Shown here piece by piece: positions 1-13,100 of a DNA stretch of 64,000 bases. The stretch is from contig JBLDXI010000054.1 in assembly GCA_047495785.1 (NCBI GenBank), positions 3,658,001 through 3,722,000 on the forward strand, in the 5' to 3' direction. The notes under the pieces are model-generated. The model worked only from the letters and a program-made list of their open reading frames with translations, did not search any database and had not been told where the DNA came from. Each line of letters begins with the position of its first letter. Position 1 is the stretch's first letter. This DNA is from Lepidodermella squamata. Taxonomy: Eukaryota > Animalia > Gastrotricha. The position numbers and the translations under genes were made by a program.

Positions 1-492
1 AAAAACAATGATGCCTTATAATCGACAGGGTGCTCAAAAATATTTCCAAGGAAAATAAAATCGCGCCACCATGGTTCATCATATGCTATTTATGTCGCTT
101 TTATGAAATCGCAATTTTTCTAAATTTTTAGAGGCGCTTGAGTTTTGATCATACTAAGGAATTTTTACATCCACTTCTAGATAAGCGGCTCCGGTAATGA
201 GCGGTAACTTTTCAAACGCACAAACTTTCAAGGGCAAAAAACATTTTTCAATCAATTCGATGTAGCGCGAAAATGATCAAATGGTTAGAGTCTCAAGCTA
301 TATTTTGATGAAATTACCCCAAATTCACCGAAAATAGCTCGTGCCAAGTTAGGTGAAATATAAAATTTGCGCGCGCACTATTTTCTATTTTCTTTTCTAT
401 TTTTTCTATTTGCTATTTTCTTGAAAGCATTTCGCTGACGCGCAGTCGTCTTTGCTCTCGTCCGTGCGCGCGCGCGCACACGAAGACTGTAA

Positions 493-1864
493 TTATCTTA
501 GTTGTTGCGCAATAAGGCCCAGCCAATAGGAGCGCGCGCGCGGAGGAAACACCGGCGGATGGGGAAATGTGCTATCAGGAACAGTATTCATGAGATAAAA
601 TATCGCAACATCTGCAACGATGCTGACGAAAGCGACCAATGAGAAAAAGACGATGTCAATGAATTCAATGAGGCCTATGTCAAGTTTATCATCGCGTTCC
701 CGAAATAACATCGAGCACAGAGATACGCGCCGATCCTTGATCTTTTCCGTATCGGCAAGTCTGTTCCCGATCAGAGTAAATATAGTACACACAACAGCAG
801 TCGCTGATTTGCCCAACAGGAACAGGAAAATGTAAGGCGTATCGGCATAGACAGGCATCTTATCAGTCAGAGAAGTCTGAAGAACCATCACCGAGAGTAG
901 GACAGTTGTGCAGTAGATCGGACGATCTGGATGGCCGGCGGGCATGATGCCGGCGACTAGGAGAAGAAACGCCAGAAAATAAGCGGGTATGAAGACCGTA
1001 AATATGTAAACTCTATGATTACGCTGATATCTCAAATTGAAAGCTACTCGGTCGTAATATTTTCCATTGCTGCCAATAACCTGTTGGCTACTTGTCCACA
1101 CTCGAATCAGATACCAAAGACCTCCTGGGTCATCGAATTCGGCCCAATTTTTGATACTGAATTTCTCAGCTGTATCCAAGAGTAAGCGCTGAGTCGAATT
1201 AGGATCAGCTGATTGGTAAAGGAAAAAGCATGTTTGCCTGTCGAATGGAAATAATTTCAGCCTAAAAAATGGCAAATATAGTTGGGAATAAACATTGAAA
1301 AAATCATAAAACCTACTCAACAGTGCAATCGGCAGATATGATCGAGTTAATCTCCCACTCGATTTCGTTATTTATTATCTTCACTTCACTATTGTCCGAT
1401 CTATCCAGGAAGAACGATGAGTCTTGAGTAGCATCCAAAGGGTAAAGCTTAGGCAGCCAAAAATTGCTCGCCCTCTCGCGAATTTCTAAATAAGCTGGAA
1501 AGGATTCAGGTTGCACAACTTTCTTCAGACATGGATGGGTCCATCTCAACGTCAAACTTCCTTTTACTGAAAATCCAGTCTCGTCGATACTCCGAAATTG
1601 GGTCAGGTATAAATTGAGGCGGACTTCAAGCGGGTCGGGTGAGCATTTTGTCGCGTTTTGGCAATTTCTGTTCGCTGAAAAAGCGCCAAACGGGATCAGG
1701 GTGATATCATCCAAACTGCAGTCTTTTATTAATTTTGTCTTATACGAAGCGAATTCGGCCGAGTAGCTGTCCCAATTTTCGATCTGTCCCGTTACAAGTC
1801 GCGGCTGCCACGGTCCAATGGCGAAAAACGCTAGAATAATGCATCTACGGTATAACTTACTCAT
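493..1864 (-). CDS. Cys-loop (pentameric) ligand-gated ion channel subunit, non-alpha type
   Basis: Two exons (1864-1317, 1261-493) joined over a 55-nt GT-AG intron (1262-1316) give a canonical C-x13-C loop, CTVELKLFPFDRQTC. Also an N-terminal signal peptide, loop A FWLPKLY, loop D LTLRWTH, four TM helices (M2 DRPIYCTTVLLSVMVLQ) and a short M3-M4 loop. No vicinal CC in loop C. Confidence 0.9.
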
Positions 1865-2165
1865 TTTAAAATTGTCCAATGTCCAAACTTGAAATCACGG
1901 TATAATTTTCCCATATAGCGTTTATACAGCTGAGATGCCTAGATGATTTCTTGTAGCGTTGGTGTGTAAACATTCAATTACTTGAGTTGCGGATATAATT
2001 ATATCCGTATTAAATGGTGTTAGTAAAAAACCATTGAATTATAAACAGCCTCGTGTTTACTCTTTCGTCTCGAAATTTTCGATGACGCAAAACGCTGATG
2101 GTAAAAAAACGAAACTCAATCATCCCACGTTTTATTTAAAAAAATGATCCATCTTCGATCAAAAA

Positions 2166-3226
2166 TCATTCTCTTCCATCGTAATTAACGCCAATGCGTT
2201 GATGACTCCTGCTCAAACGTCCGCCGCAGGGGAAGTCAATAACATTATATATAGTATATATATACTTTGTTTTATACTTGAAGACGAGAGAAGAGGAAGC
2301 ACACGTTTGAATATAATTTTTTGTCAACAATCGTTCACAATTAGCTTTTTGTTTGATCCGCACGAAGTTGAACAGAGAATTAATATAATAGCTAATATCA
2401 TCATTGTTGATTTTGTGTTGAAGTATTTTTTCAGCGATACTAATAAAATAAATGCGCGCGCACGTTGTCATTTTTTACCACCGATGTTAATTAATTAAGG
2501 TGACCTTTTTTACTCGCGAGTTTTTTGAAAATAAAAGCATTGATTAAAGCCAAAGTTGGGATTCGATTTACATAAATTGGCACTCGAGTTGTTTCTTATG
2601 CTATTTTTTTTAATGAAATATTTTAGCGTGAAAACTTGGCACAGTATAATATTAAGATGGAGTAATAATATAATAGTTGCAAGGTGTTCGTTCGGTTCAC
2701 GAAAAAGAGCAACAACGTCGCGTCGTCGTTCAGAATTTCTCATCAGCAGGCAAATCAGATGTGCAGTGCTTTTGCTGGCTGTTATTACATACAATTTTGT
2801 ACACCATATGTAGTAAAATTTCGACTGGAAAGTACAGTCATGGTTTTTCGGCCTGAAGTGACCGGCAAAGTGAACAATGATAAAATTGAAATATCATAGT
2901 AAATTAACATTATTATTTGATAACAATTATCGACTACAGTTTTGTTTTTTTGTCTCATCGAGCTAGCTATTGTTTTTTTAATGCTGAGGTTTCTACCGAT
3001 CGTCCATGTAGCGAGGCAGGGTTGAAAATGGCCGGTGACCAGTTGCTGAGTTGATATTGTAGTCTTGAACATCATCAGGACCGCTTCTGTAATCAGAGAT
3101 AAGACAATAGTCAACATATAAAAAAATATAATTAATATTCAATAAATCCCAATTTTGGTCAAGCCTACAAAATGTTGGTAGGAAATGCTTTGAAGGTTCA
3201 ATCTGATTTAGAGTTCCATTATTCAT
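2166..3226 (-). pseudogene. Probable frameshifted rhodopsin-class GPCR remnant
   Basis: Four successive minus-strand ORF pieces in different frames resemble GPCR parts: N-glycosylated start (MNNGT), TM1-like LTIVLSLITEAVLM, TM3-like CYQIIMLIYYDISILSLFTLPVTSGR, TM5-like ATIILLLHLNIILCQVFTL, TM7-like YYINSLFNF. There is no continuous frame. Confidence 0.4.
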
Positions 3227-3303
3227 TTTGAGGCTCTATCACTAAATGTTTCCAAAAAATGGCTTTACGTCTCCCTTAAAATTTCAATTATTTAACTACA
3301 ATG

Positions 3304-3762
3304 CCTAAACGATAGATCTCACTATTACGAATATTTTGCGCTATCGGAAGTGAGTCTACGATCTATGCTTCAGACTGCCGATATCGATTTTGGGTACGGC
3401 GACAAAACAGCAACTTCGCGAAACAGCGAACGCGACAAAACAGCAGATTTTTTATTTCGCGACAAAACAGCGAAAACTTGCATCGTGTTTCTGCTGTTAT
3501 GTCGCAAAATGAAAAAGTTGCTGTTTTGTCGCGTTTGCTGTTTTGGGTATTTGCTGTTATGACGGTCTGCCCGATAAATTGTTGGTATCGATTTAACAAA
3601 TCAGTGATTTTTTTCATTATATCAGCCAACATTGAAAAATAATTTCCGCAGCCAGGTAGCTGGAATAGGAATCATAGGGTGACAGGATGCATCATATCGA
3701 TGAAAAAAAGGAAAAAATCGAAATCGAAAAATGGGAGAAATTTAATCCTGGAACCTCAAATT
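3304..3762. repeat. Dispersed repeat, copy 1 (interrupted by a foldback MITE)
   Basis: Shares ordered blocks cgatagatctcactatta, gccgatatcgatt, ggtatcgattt.acaaatcagtgattttt, ccaggtagct and ggaacctcaa with 10444-10730. Confidence 0.75.
3392..3572. mobile_element. Small foldback/MITE-like insertion
   Basis: Imperfect terminal inverted repeats (GGGTACGGCGACAAAACAGCAA ... TTGCTGTTATGACGGTCTGCCC) with repeated gcgacaaaacagc / gctgttttgtcgc units. Absent from the homologous repeat copy near 10530. Confidence 0.7.
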
Positions 3763-4109
3763 TGGGATATTTAGAGCAAATTTTCAATCTCTTGAAATAA
3801 CATCTAGGCAATCAGAAAAAAGGGCTCATATGATTTCGAACTCGGATAAGTAGCCCTGAATTATAAAGAAAAGTCTTCTTTAGACTACTCTCAGAAAAAA
3901 TTATCGATTTTTTGCAATCACTTAGGAATCGATATCGGTTCTGCTATCGGTTGAAGCGGAGAAAGCCAAAATTATTTTTACCCAATTATAAGAAATTAGG
4001 TATTTCAGTTTTTTGGGATAATGTATAATAATATTTCCAACATTCGCTATTTTTCCACTTTGCGAAGTTGGTACGTAAATTGAAGTCGAAAATAAATGGA
4101 ATGCTGAAC

Positions 4110-7100
4110 TTACGCATTCATGTTAGCGGCATACGCTCGTTGTTGGGCGAGCATTTGTTCGAACTGCTCCGGCGACATGTCCGCCGCCTCGGCCATCTCG
4201 TGCTGCAGCAGCGTCGGGCTGACGATGCCGCTCAGCCCGTTCGCCTCAATCGCCGTCTGCAGGAACTGCTGCGACTCGGCCGGCTGCTGTTGCATATAAC
4301 TCGCCGATGCGGGCACCATCTGCTGCTGCTGGCCGAGCGCGTCGCCGCTGCCGTAGATGGTCTCGTCGTAGTCGCCCTTGTGGTGCAGCATCGCCTGGAA
4401 CGAGTTGTCGCCACCTAAGGGCGACGGAATGTTGCGCGGCGACATCTCCTGCTGGTAGAAGTGCTGGCCGGGCGGCGCCGTCGGCGACCCGGCGTACTTG
4501 TACAGCGGCGGCGGCGAGTACGACGGCGACGGCGGCCGGTTGAGCCCGAGCGACGAGCCGCCGAACTGCGGCGACTGCGGCCCGGACGACATCGGGTAGT
4601 TGGGGTACACGAACTGCGAGCCGCTCTGGTTGAACGTCGGCGACATGAACGACTGCTGCGACGCGCCCATCGGGTAGCCCTGCTGCTGCGCGTACATCGC
4701 CGCTTGTTCCTCGTTCTGGAAAAAGTTACGCACGAAATTGCCGAACAGCGTGTGGCCGGTTCGCCGGTGCTGCGGCTCGTCCCACGTCTTCCAGATCAGT
4801 TCGTTTTCGTCCTCGAGATTGCCGGAAATCGCGCGCCGCATCTCCGGGCCGAGGTCGTGAACCGCGCGCAGACCAGCCTGCAGCGCCACGGTATGCTCCT
4901 GGCCTGACTGCAGCTTGTCCTTAACCTCGCGGTTCTTCTTGAAGCGCCGGAAGTAGTCCTGAATCAAGAAAGTTGCGTAGAATTTGCCGACTGTTACTTC
5001 GTCGTCATCACCCGGCGGCGGGATGATTTGATCCAGCAATTTCGCGCTCGTTCTCCGCCAGATTTTCTTGATAATCACGCGCAGTTCTTCATTCGCCTGG
5101 TCGATGTTTCCGTCGGTTTTAATTTTCAAACCAGTTCGGATGAGGGCGAACAGCGTTGCGTTGAAATTGACCGTTCCGTCGCTGTTCAGCGGCATGTTCA
5201 TCGATACGAGACGCTTACACGCCATACGATGCGGGCACAGTTTACCGAAACCGAGCGGGGGCGAGATTTTACGCAGCAATGTCACGACGTCCAAGTGTTT
5301 TATACGACCGTTAGCGTCAGGATCGTATTCAGACCATAGACGCACGAATTCGTCGAGATGGTGAGGACCGAGGATGGACCAATCGCGGGTTAGATAATCG
5401 AAATTGTCCATAATAACGGCGACGAACAAGTTAATGATCTAGAAAAATCATCAACAAATCAAAATATTGCAATTTTAAATTTCAAATTTTAAATTGCTAA
5501 AAAAAATTGAAAATTCATTTCTAAAAAAATTTAATTTAATTAACATTTTCTGAAAAATTATGTAACATTTTAAAATTTCGAAAATTTTAAATTTAAAAAA
5601 ATTCAAAAATTTAAAAATTTTTTTTTGAATTTTTTTTGACATTTCAATTAAATAAAAAAATTTAAAAATTACTACCTAATAAAAAAAAATATAATGAAAA
5701 TTCGAATTTTACTAACCAAAAACGAGCAGAGTGAGTAGAAAGAGATGAGGTAGGCATAGGCAACGTAAGTGCCGCATTCGCGCCTGCCGTTTCTGAAGTC
5801 TTCCGAGTCTTCATCGCAGAAGACGTTTGAACGCGGCGTCAGGGCCAACATGATTTCCTGCCACGACTCGCCTGTGGCCGATCTGAATAGGCAGAGCGTG
5901 GCTTGCGGGAACGACTGGAAGTTGTTGTGCCGGTGTATAATGTCGCCCGGGTTGTCGTCGCTGACCTTGCCGAAGACTTGCATGCCGATGACGGCGTACA
6001 CGAAGAACAGCATGACGATGAGTAGGGCTACGTAAGGCAGCGCCTGGAACGATTTAACGAACGTCCACAGCAGTGTTCGAATGCCCTCACCGCGGGCCAG
6101 CAGTTTTATAAGACGCATCACACGGAAAAGACGGAAAAAGTTGACGCTGAAGTTCACCGATTTTTCCGGCTATAAAAAATTCGAAAAAAAATATGAAAAA
6201 TATTTTAGCATTTTTTAACGCTGAACTTACGCTGACTTCCGTATACACGATATCAATAAATGAACCAACGACAATGACAAAATCTAGCACGTTCCATGTG
6301 TCCGCAAAATAATTCTGAAATTTAAAAAAAAATTAAAACAGATAATTAAACAAATATTTTTGTCCACCTTAAATCTGAAGGCCAGCAGTTTGAAAATCAT
6401 TTCAATTGTGAAGACGCCTGTGAAGCAATAATTGATAGACTCCATCGCCTTGGAGTAGGCAGCAGGTTGGCCATGGAACTAGAAAAAAATTGCCAAATTA
6501 TATTGCGTGACCTAGATTCGTTTTTTTCCCGTTTTTTTTACCTTCATGCATAGCGTGAGGGTGTTTAGCATGATGAATACGAAAATAACGTATTCAAACG
6601 GTCGCGATGTCACGAACCACCATATTCGATACTGCCACGGCGCTTTGGGAATATATCGCTTGATAGGCTTCGCCTTCAGTGCAAACTCGATACATTTACG
6701 CTGAAATACAAGAAAAGGTCATTACTTCAGTTTTTTTTAGGGGAAAACACATGACCCAGCCACAACGACGTTCTTTAATCCCGTCCACCGATTCGAAAAT
6801 GAAATTCGGGACTTTTCTCAACTTGAGAAGAGTCACAAAAAATCTACAAAAAGCAATTGCACCACCAGTTGTACCGGTAATTTTCACTAAATTTTCCGAA
6901 AAAATTCGAAAATCCCATTCTAGGAACCCGCCCCTGTTCCCGAGGTAGCGCCAGATGAGCCGAAATTTGTCGCCCCTGAAGAGCCGGTTGAAGTTCCGGT
7001 TGTTGAAAAGGATACAACAGCTTTCGCTAATTTCTCGAAATATCTCATCGAGCAGCCGACTGAAAAGTGTTACGTAGCTTTCTACCACCACGTCCCCAAT

Positions 7101-10100
7101 GTCACGTATCGCGAGGTTGTCGAGGGCATTCAAGCCGCCTTAATCGCAGCCTACCGACCGCCAGATTCAATTGTTAGCGTTGAGCTAGTCCCTTTAATTT
7201 CCCGAGCGCCTGAATACTACACCGAAAATCGCTGGGTGGTAGAAATGGTGGACGAAGAGCTGGCGTCGCTGCTATTTCGAAGTGATGTATACGTTCGAGC
7301 TCGCAAGGTGAATGTTACGAGCCTATCTCAAGCTATGGCGGCGGAGAAATCGCGAGAATTCCGCGACCAGTTGCGATTAAGAATGCAAAAAGCTGGGCAA
7401 AAACCAGCCCCGGTTACGCACGGAGCCGGGCCCGGAATGGGACGGCGAATGTCCCGAGCTACCCGGGTCCTAGACTTCATTGAAGACCCTAAAACTGCGG
7501 TGCAGCTACAATTCCAATGAATTACGGTGATTTTTGACAGAAATCGGTGAAATTTGCAATATTTTTGTGAGACTTTATCCTACGACACGGACACATTTCA
7601 TCCGAAAACCAAAAATTTGACTAAAATGAATCTCGAAGTCTAGTTTGCCTCAAATCTTATACAAAGGATCGATTTCATCATTATCAATTAGATTTCGAAG
7701 CCTTTAATGAGATATGACCTAGTTTTGAATCCGGGTTTTTGTTCAATTTTACAGCAAAAATTAATTGGGTCAACTATTTGAGGGTTTCATCATTCTTATT
7801 GTTTGCAAGAGACACAAAAAAATTGAGGCAATCCCATCCAAGTTTGGAAAAAATTTGTCAAAATTATATTTTTGACCAAAATTAACATCGCATAATTAAC
7901 GTTAAATTAAAGGTTTTCGGATGAAATTTTTTTACCTTTTTAATTTTTTTTAATTTTTTGTAATCACGAAATAAAAATTTGTTATACGCACCTGATTTTT
8001 GTCGAGATCGCATCCTCGGTATTCTTCCTCGCCCTCGTGCTGGAAGGTGACGATGACAAAACCGACGAAGATGTTAAGCATGAAGAAGGCGATGATGATC
8101 AAGAACGAAATGTAGAAAATCGCGATGATGGGCCGGTAATTTTCGATCGGGCCAACGTTAACGTCGACGGAATCGATCGATTTCGCGAGCAGGCCCGGCC
8201 AGCCTTCGAAGGTTGACGTCGCGAACAGCGACAGCATGGCGTTGGCTACATTGTCGTAGTTCCACTCGTTGACTGACCAGACGCGTTCTTCAATCAGCGG
8301 CATTGATATGTTGTTGTCGATGTAGCGGATAAATTTGCCGCGGCAGTCGGCTTCGTACAGCTTCGTCGAGTCTGAGCATGAGAAGAACTTGCCGGCGAAG
8401 AGTTGCACGCCGATGCAGGCGAACATAAACTCGAGCAGTAACATGACGAGCATGATGTTGCTGATGGTTTTGATTGACACGATGACGCACTGAACGACCT
8501 GTTTTAGGCCCTTGGCGCGGTTGATGGCGCGCAGGGGGCGCATGACACGCAACACTCGAAGCACCTTGACTACTGAGACACTGTCGCTACTGAAAAGCGG
8601 AAAAAAGATACACAAAAAATTAGCAAAAGATGGCGAAAAATAGTAGAAAACAAAATCGACTGTAGGGTATCCAGAGGGAAGCTTCCTTTCATATTTCCGA
8701 GCCAAATTCGAGAAGTAAGCTGTCTTGAAATTTCACGATCCACCTTATTTCAAATTTCAATTTTTTCATACAGGTTGTCCCAAGAGTCTAAAAAACGAGA
8801 CAACTTTCGATCTTAATAGACTGAGGGTATTTAAAATGTCATGTGAATTTTAATCAGCAACGAAAATTTTCAAGCGGAATTTAAAAAATCCGAAGAAACG
8901 CAGTTAAGACAGGAAAAATACCGATAATTACCAAACTATTCCCATCGGGTTTTTTCGGGTTTTCCCCGGTTAAATCGAAGAAAACGGATACATAATGAAA
9001 AGGAACCCCTCATAAAATTGATGATTGAACCTACCATCCTGAATTGGGCTACTGAATCCTTTTAACTTAACTTGACATTTTTCGGGGCAATCTCGGGAAC
9101 CTAATATTCGTAACCCAAATGGCCTCAAAGTAAAATTGCAGCCTCAAAAGTAAAAATTCGTTCGTAGTAATTTGAATGGAATGCAAATTGCACAAGTTCA
9201 AAAAGTGAGCGAATCCCACTTGATATCGGCCGATTAATCTATAATAAAAATTCCTCCTTAAAATAAACTCACTCTAGCACGAAGGAAATCCAAGATACAC
9301 AGACGACGACTAAATCGAGAATATTGAAGGAGCTGCGGCAGTAAGAGCCGCGATGCAGGAAGACACCGTAAGCGATAACTTTCAAGCAGATTTCCACCGT
9401 GAAAACAGCCGTGAAGAAGTAGTCGAAATAATTTAAAATCTGAAAGACAAAAAATGGTCGAATTAAAGAGAATCATAGTGGCGAAATGCTTACATCATTG
9501 CGAGCTTTGTCAATGCCCATAGGATCTTCAGCAGCTAACATAGCACTGGAGACGATAATGCAGGCCAAAATGCAGTTGGTGAAGTAGGAATGATTGGATA
9601 AAAAGTGACAGAAAACGCGAACTCTGAAAAAAACAATCGCATCATTAAAATTTCCATCTTCTCAGAAACACGAAATATCAACTTGTTATCAGGCTGAAAG
9701 ATGAAAAACGAGGTGAAGGGAGGGATAGGTTTAGCACGCCGTTTCTGGTTCATCTCCTGAATACGACGCGGCAGAGCTCCGATTTTAAGTTTAGGCGCCT
9801 CGCCCTCCTTGCCGTCCTCAGTCTCGTCATCAACGCCCTCTTCATCGTCGTCGATGACGTAATCATCGTCGTTGATCATATCGTCTTCAAACTGAACGAC
9901 AGCTTCTTGTTGCGGCTGTTCGGGCGGCATTTCGGCCGCTTTCAGAGGAACAGCCGCCTCCTCCGCCTTCTCAGCACCTTCAGCCGGCGTCGTCGACACC
10001 TGTTTTTGCAACTCGCTTTCCTTCTTCGCCTGATCGCGCTTGTCACGCTCATCCGTCAGCGAATCAGCATCGGCCAAGTTGTCGACGGCGATGGCCAAGA

Positions 10101-13100
10101 AAACGTTGAGTAAAATGTCTAAATAACACGGCGATGTCAATTCAAAGTCGAGAAAATCGCAAATCGATTCAACTTACAGTTACCGCAGATGTAAAGAATA
10201 ACGAAGTAAATACTGTACATGATACCCATGGATTTGACCCCACCATGAGCTCGGATTCCGGTGTACATAACTTCATTCCAGTCCTCGCCAGTTAGGATCT
10301 AAAATGAAGAAAAAATTAAATGAAAATTAGACAGGGATGAAATTCAAATTTTCGACCTTAAATTTAGGTTTCATTTAAATTTCCCTAAAATAAAGTTTTT
10401 CGGGTTTTCTATTTTTCCTTGAAACCCAATTTTTATATTCCCAAGCCTAACCGATAGATCTCACTATTATACGCGTATTTTGCGATATCGCCAGTCAATT
10501 TACGAGTCATGGTTCGGCCTTCGGAGCCGATATCGATTCTGGTATCGATTTCACAAATCAGTGATTTTTCTAGATCAGCAATCTAGGAAGCCATCATTGA
10601 TAATTATTTTACACACCCTAGGGTTCCAGGTAGCTAAAATAAAAGATCCTCAAGAATCCCCATTGATCTAAACAAGAAATTTCGAAATTTCAAAAAAATC
10701 GGAAAAAGTTAGTACAGGAACCTCAATTTTCGTGTTATTAATGTAAGACCCTTTTCCTCAGAAGGGTTCATACCTGGAATACGGTAACGAGAGCTACCCA
10801 GAAGGTGTCAAAGTTGGAGCGGGGCTTGCCCTCGTCGAAGTTGAACTTGCCGCCGAAGAGTTGCATGCCCAGCAGGGCGAAGATGACAATGAACAGGAAG
10901 AGCAGCACGAGCAAGCTGACAATCGACTTGAGCGAGTTGAGCAGTGACTGGACAAGGTCGCTCAGCGACTTCCAGTAGCGCGTCACCTTGAAGACGCGCA
11001 ACAGGCGCGCGCATCTCAACACGGAGACGCCGAGCGGTGGCATCAAGTTCGAATGGATTAGGATCATCTCCATAACCGAAAATATCACCACGACACAGTC
11101 GAAGCGGTTGAACATCGATAGGAAGTAACCCTGCGGCCCGAGGCTGTACAGCTTCATGAACATCTCAACGGTGAACAGGACGACGAAAACAACATTTGCG
11201 ATGTCCTGAACTAGGCCAAGCCACTCGGGCTGGTTGTAGTGCTCGCTGGCCAGAATTGCGGTGTTGACGAAGACGAGAACGATAACGGCCCAGTAAAACG
11301 CTTGGGACTTGATGATTTTTCGTAGAACTCGTTTCGCGCGTCGGTCGAATTTTTCGACGCGACGTTTCAGGCGTTCGAGCCCGCTTTCCTCGTGCGGCTC
11401 GCCGCCTTCCTCCTCCATCGCTTCTTCCTCTTCCTCGTCAATCTCTTCGTTTTCGTCGTACTCTTCGTCGTCCATCACGTAGTCAGCATCTTCGCCGGCC
11501 TGGATCCAGTCGACGTATTTCCGAAACTGGTCTTCAATCGCCTGTTTCTCGCGGGTTTTTCTGAACTCGCCGCGGGCTCTCGCGCGCTCTCTCTCCTTGG
11601 TAAACTCACCGCTGAGGACACCAAGTACGAGGTTCAGCACGAAGAACGAGCCGAGGATGATGAGGCTGACGAAGTAGATCCACGGCCACGAATTGCCGAC
11701 GGCGTCGTTCATCCAGTACATAACCGTAGTCCAACCCTCCATTGTCACGCATTGAAAGACAGTGAGCATGCTGAGGCCGAAATTGTCAAAGTTGGTTATG
11801 CCCATGTTAGGGCCTTCCCATTGATCTTTGCACACGTAGTTCTCGGGGCAGTGGTGGCCTGAATCGCCTCGAGGCGCACACGGCGCTGGCGGTTCCAAAA
11901 TGTCACCAGTCACATTATGGTAACACGCCTTGTGTAATTTACTAAACGAAAAATAAATACACAATTATTAACAAACAAAATAAAATAAAAATCCTCCTTA
12001 AAAATGTAGATTTTTCACACATTTACCAATCCCGCTTTTCCATTTCTTGCTTTTCTCTTACGCATGGGAAGTCATTCATTCATTTGCTATCTTATTTATT
12101 TATTACTTTAGAGAGACCTATAATTTGCTGCTATAATGGCATCCGTGTTTTGTGGGTCAATGCGGGCATTTTTCTATCTAATTGCTGACGCTTTCATCAA
12201 AGCATTTATTGCCCTGAAATCTAATTTATAGGTCACACAATACGCTTGGGGAAAAAATAACAAAGTTTTTCTTATGTTTTTCTCGTCAGCGTAAGAAAAA
12301 AAACGAGTTTATGCGATGACCTTAAAAAATTATTTGCTCAATTAAAAATCCCAGCATTTTCCAAAAAATTATTCCGCTTTTGTTCGATAAATCTAAAGAA
12401 AGTTTTTAATTCGGTTCCTGTATTTATGGGTCGAGATTTGGATGATAAATATAAGACTAACCCGCTGAACATTTCGAGGCCAATGATGGCATAAATGACG
12501 ATGACGAAACAGACGAGCATGGCGATATGCAGCAGTGGAATCATGGCTCGAATGATCGAATTGAGAACGACTTGCAGGCTAGGCAGGCCTGAGACAAGTC
12601 GCAGTGGCCGGAGAACTCTGAAAGCTCGAAGCGCTTTGACGTCGAATTTACTCTCCTTCATGAGGCTGAGGATAGTACTAATTGCACCGATAATGACGAT
12701 AACGAAATCGAGAAGATTCCACGCGTTTCGCAGATAGGCGTTCGGGTGCAGTACGAAGCCGTCGGCGATGATTTTCATAACGGCCTCGAGCGTGAAAATG
12801 AACAGGAAAAAGTACTCGATCGTCTCAAGCGTCGAGTTGATCGAGTTCGAATCACCCTCTGGAAACGGCGTGTACACCGCCAAAGCGCAGCAGTTGACGA
12901 AAATAGTAATTAAAATAATATATTCGAATGGCCTAGATAAAATTAAAGGGTGAATCAATCGGATAATTAAATCGCGGGAAAAAACTCACTTCCACTCGCA
13001 AAATCGTATGCAGAACGCGCGAAGTGGATTGTTAAGGTGGAGGCACATGAGGGTGCGCGGCGCCCGCATGCCGGCCTGGGCGATTTGGCGCTGTTTTTTC

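Noticed and set aside
6696-7133. 145-aa minus-strand ORF as an extra Cav1 exon
   Set aside because: No channel similarity; it is the reverse of the nested + strand gene, and the III-IV linker is complete without it.
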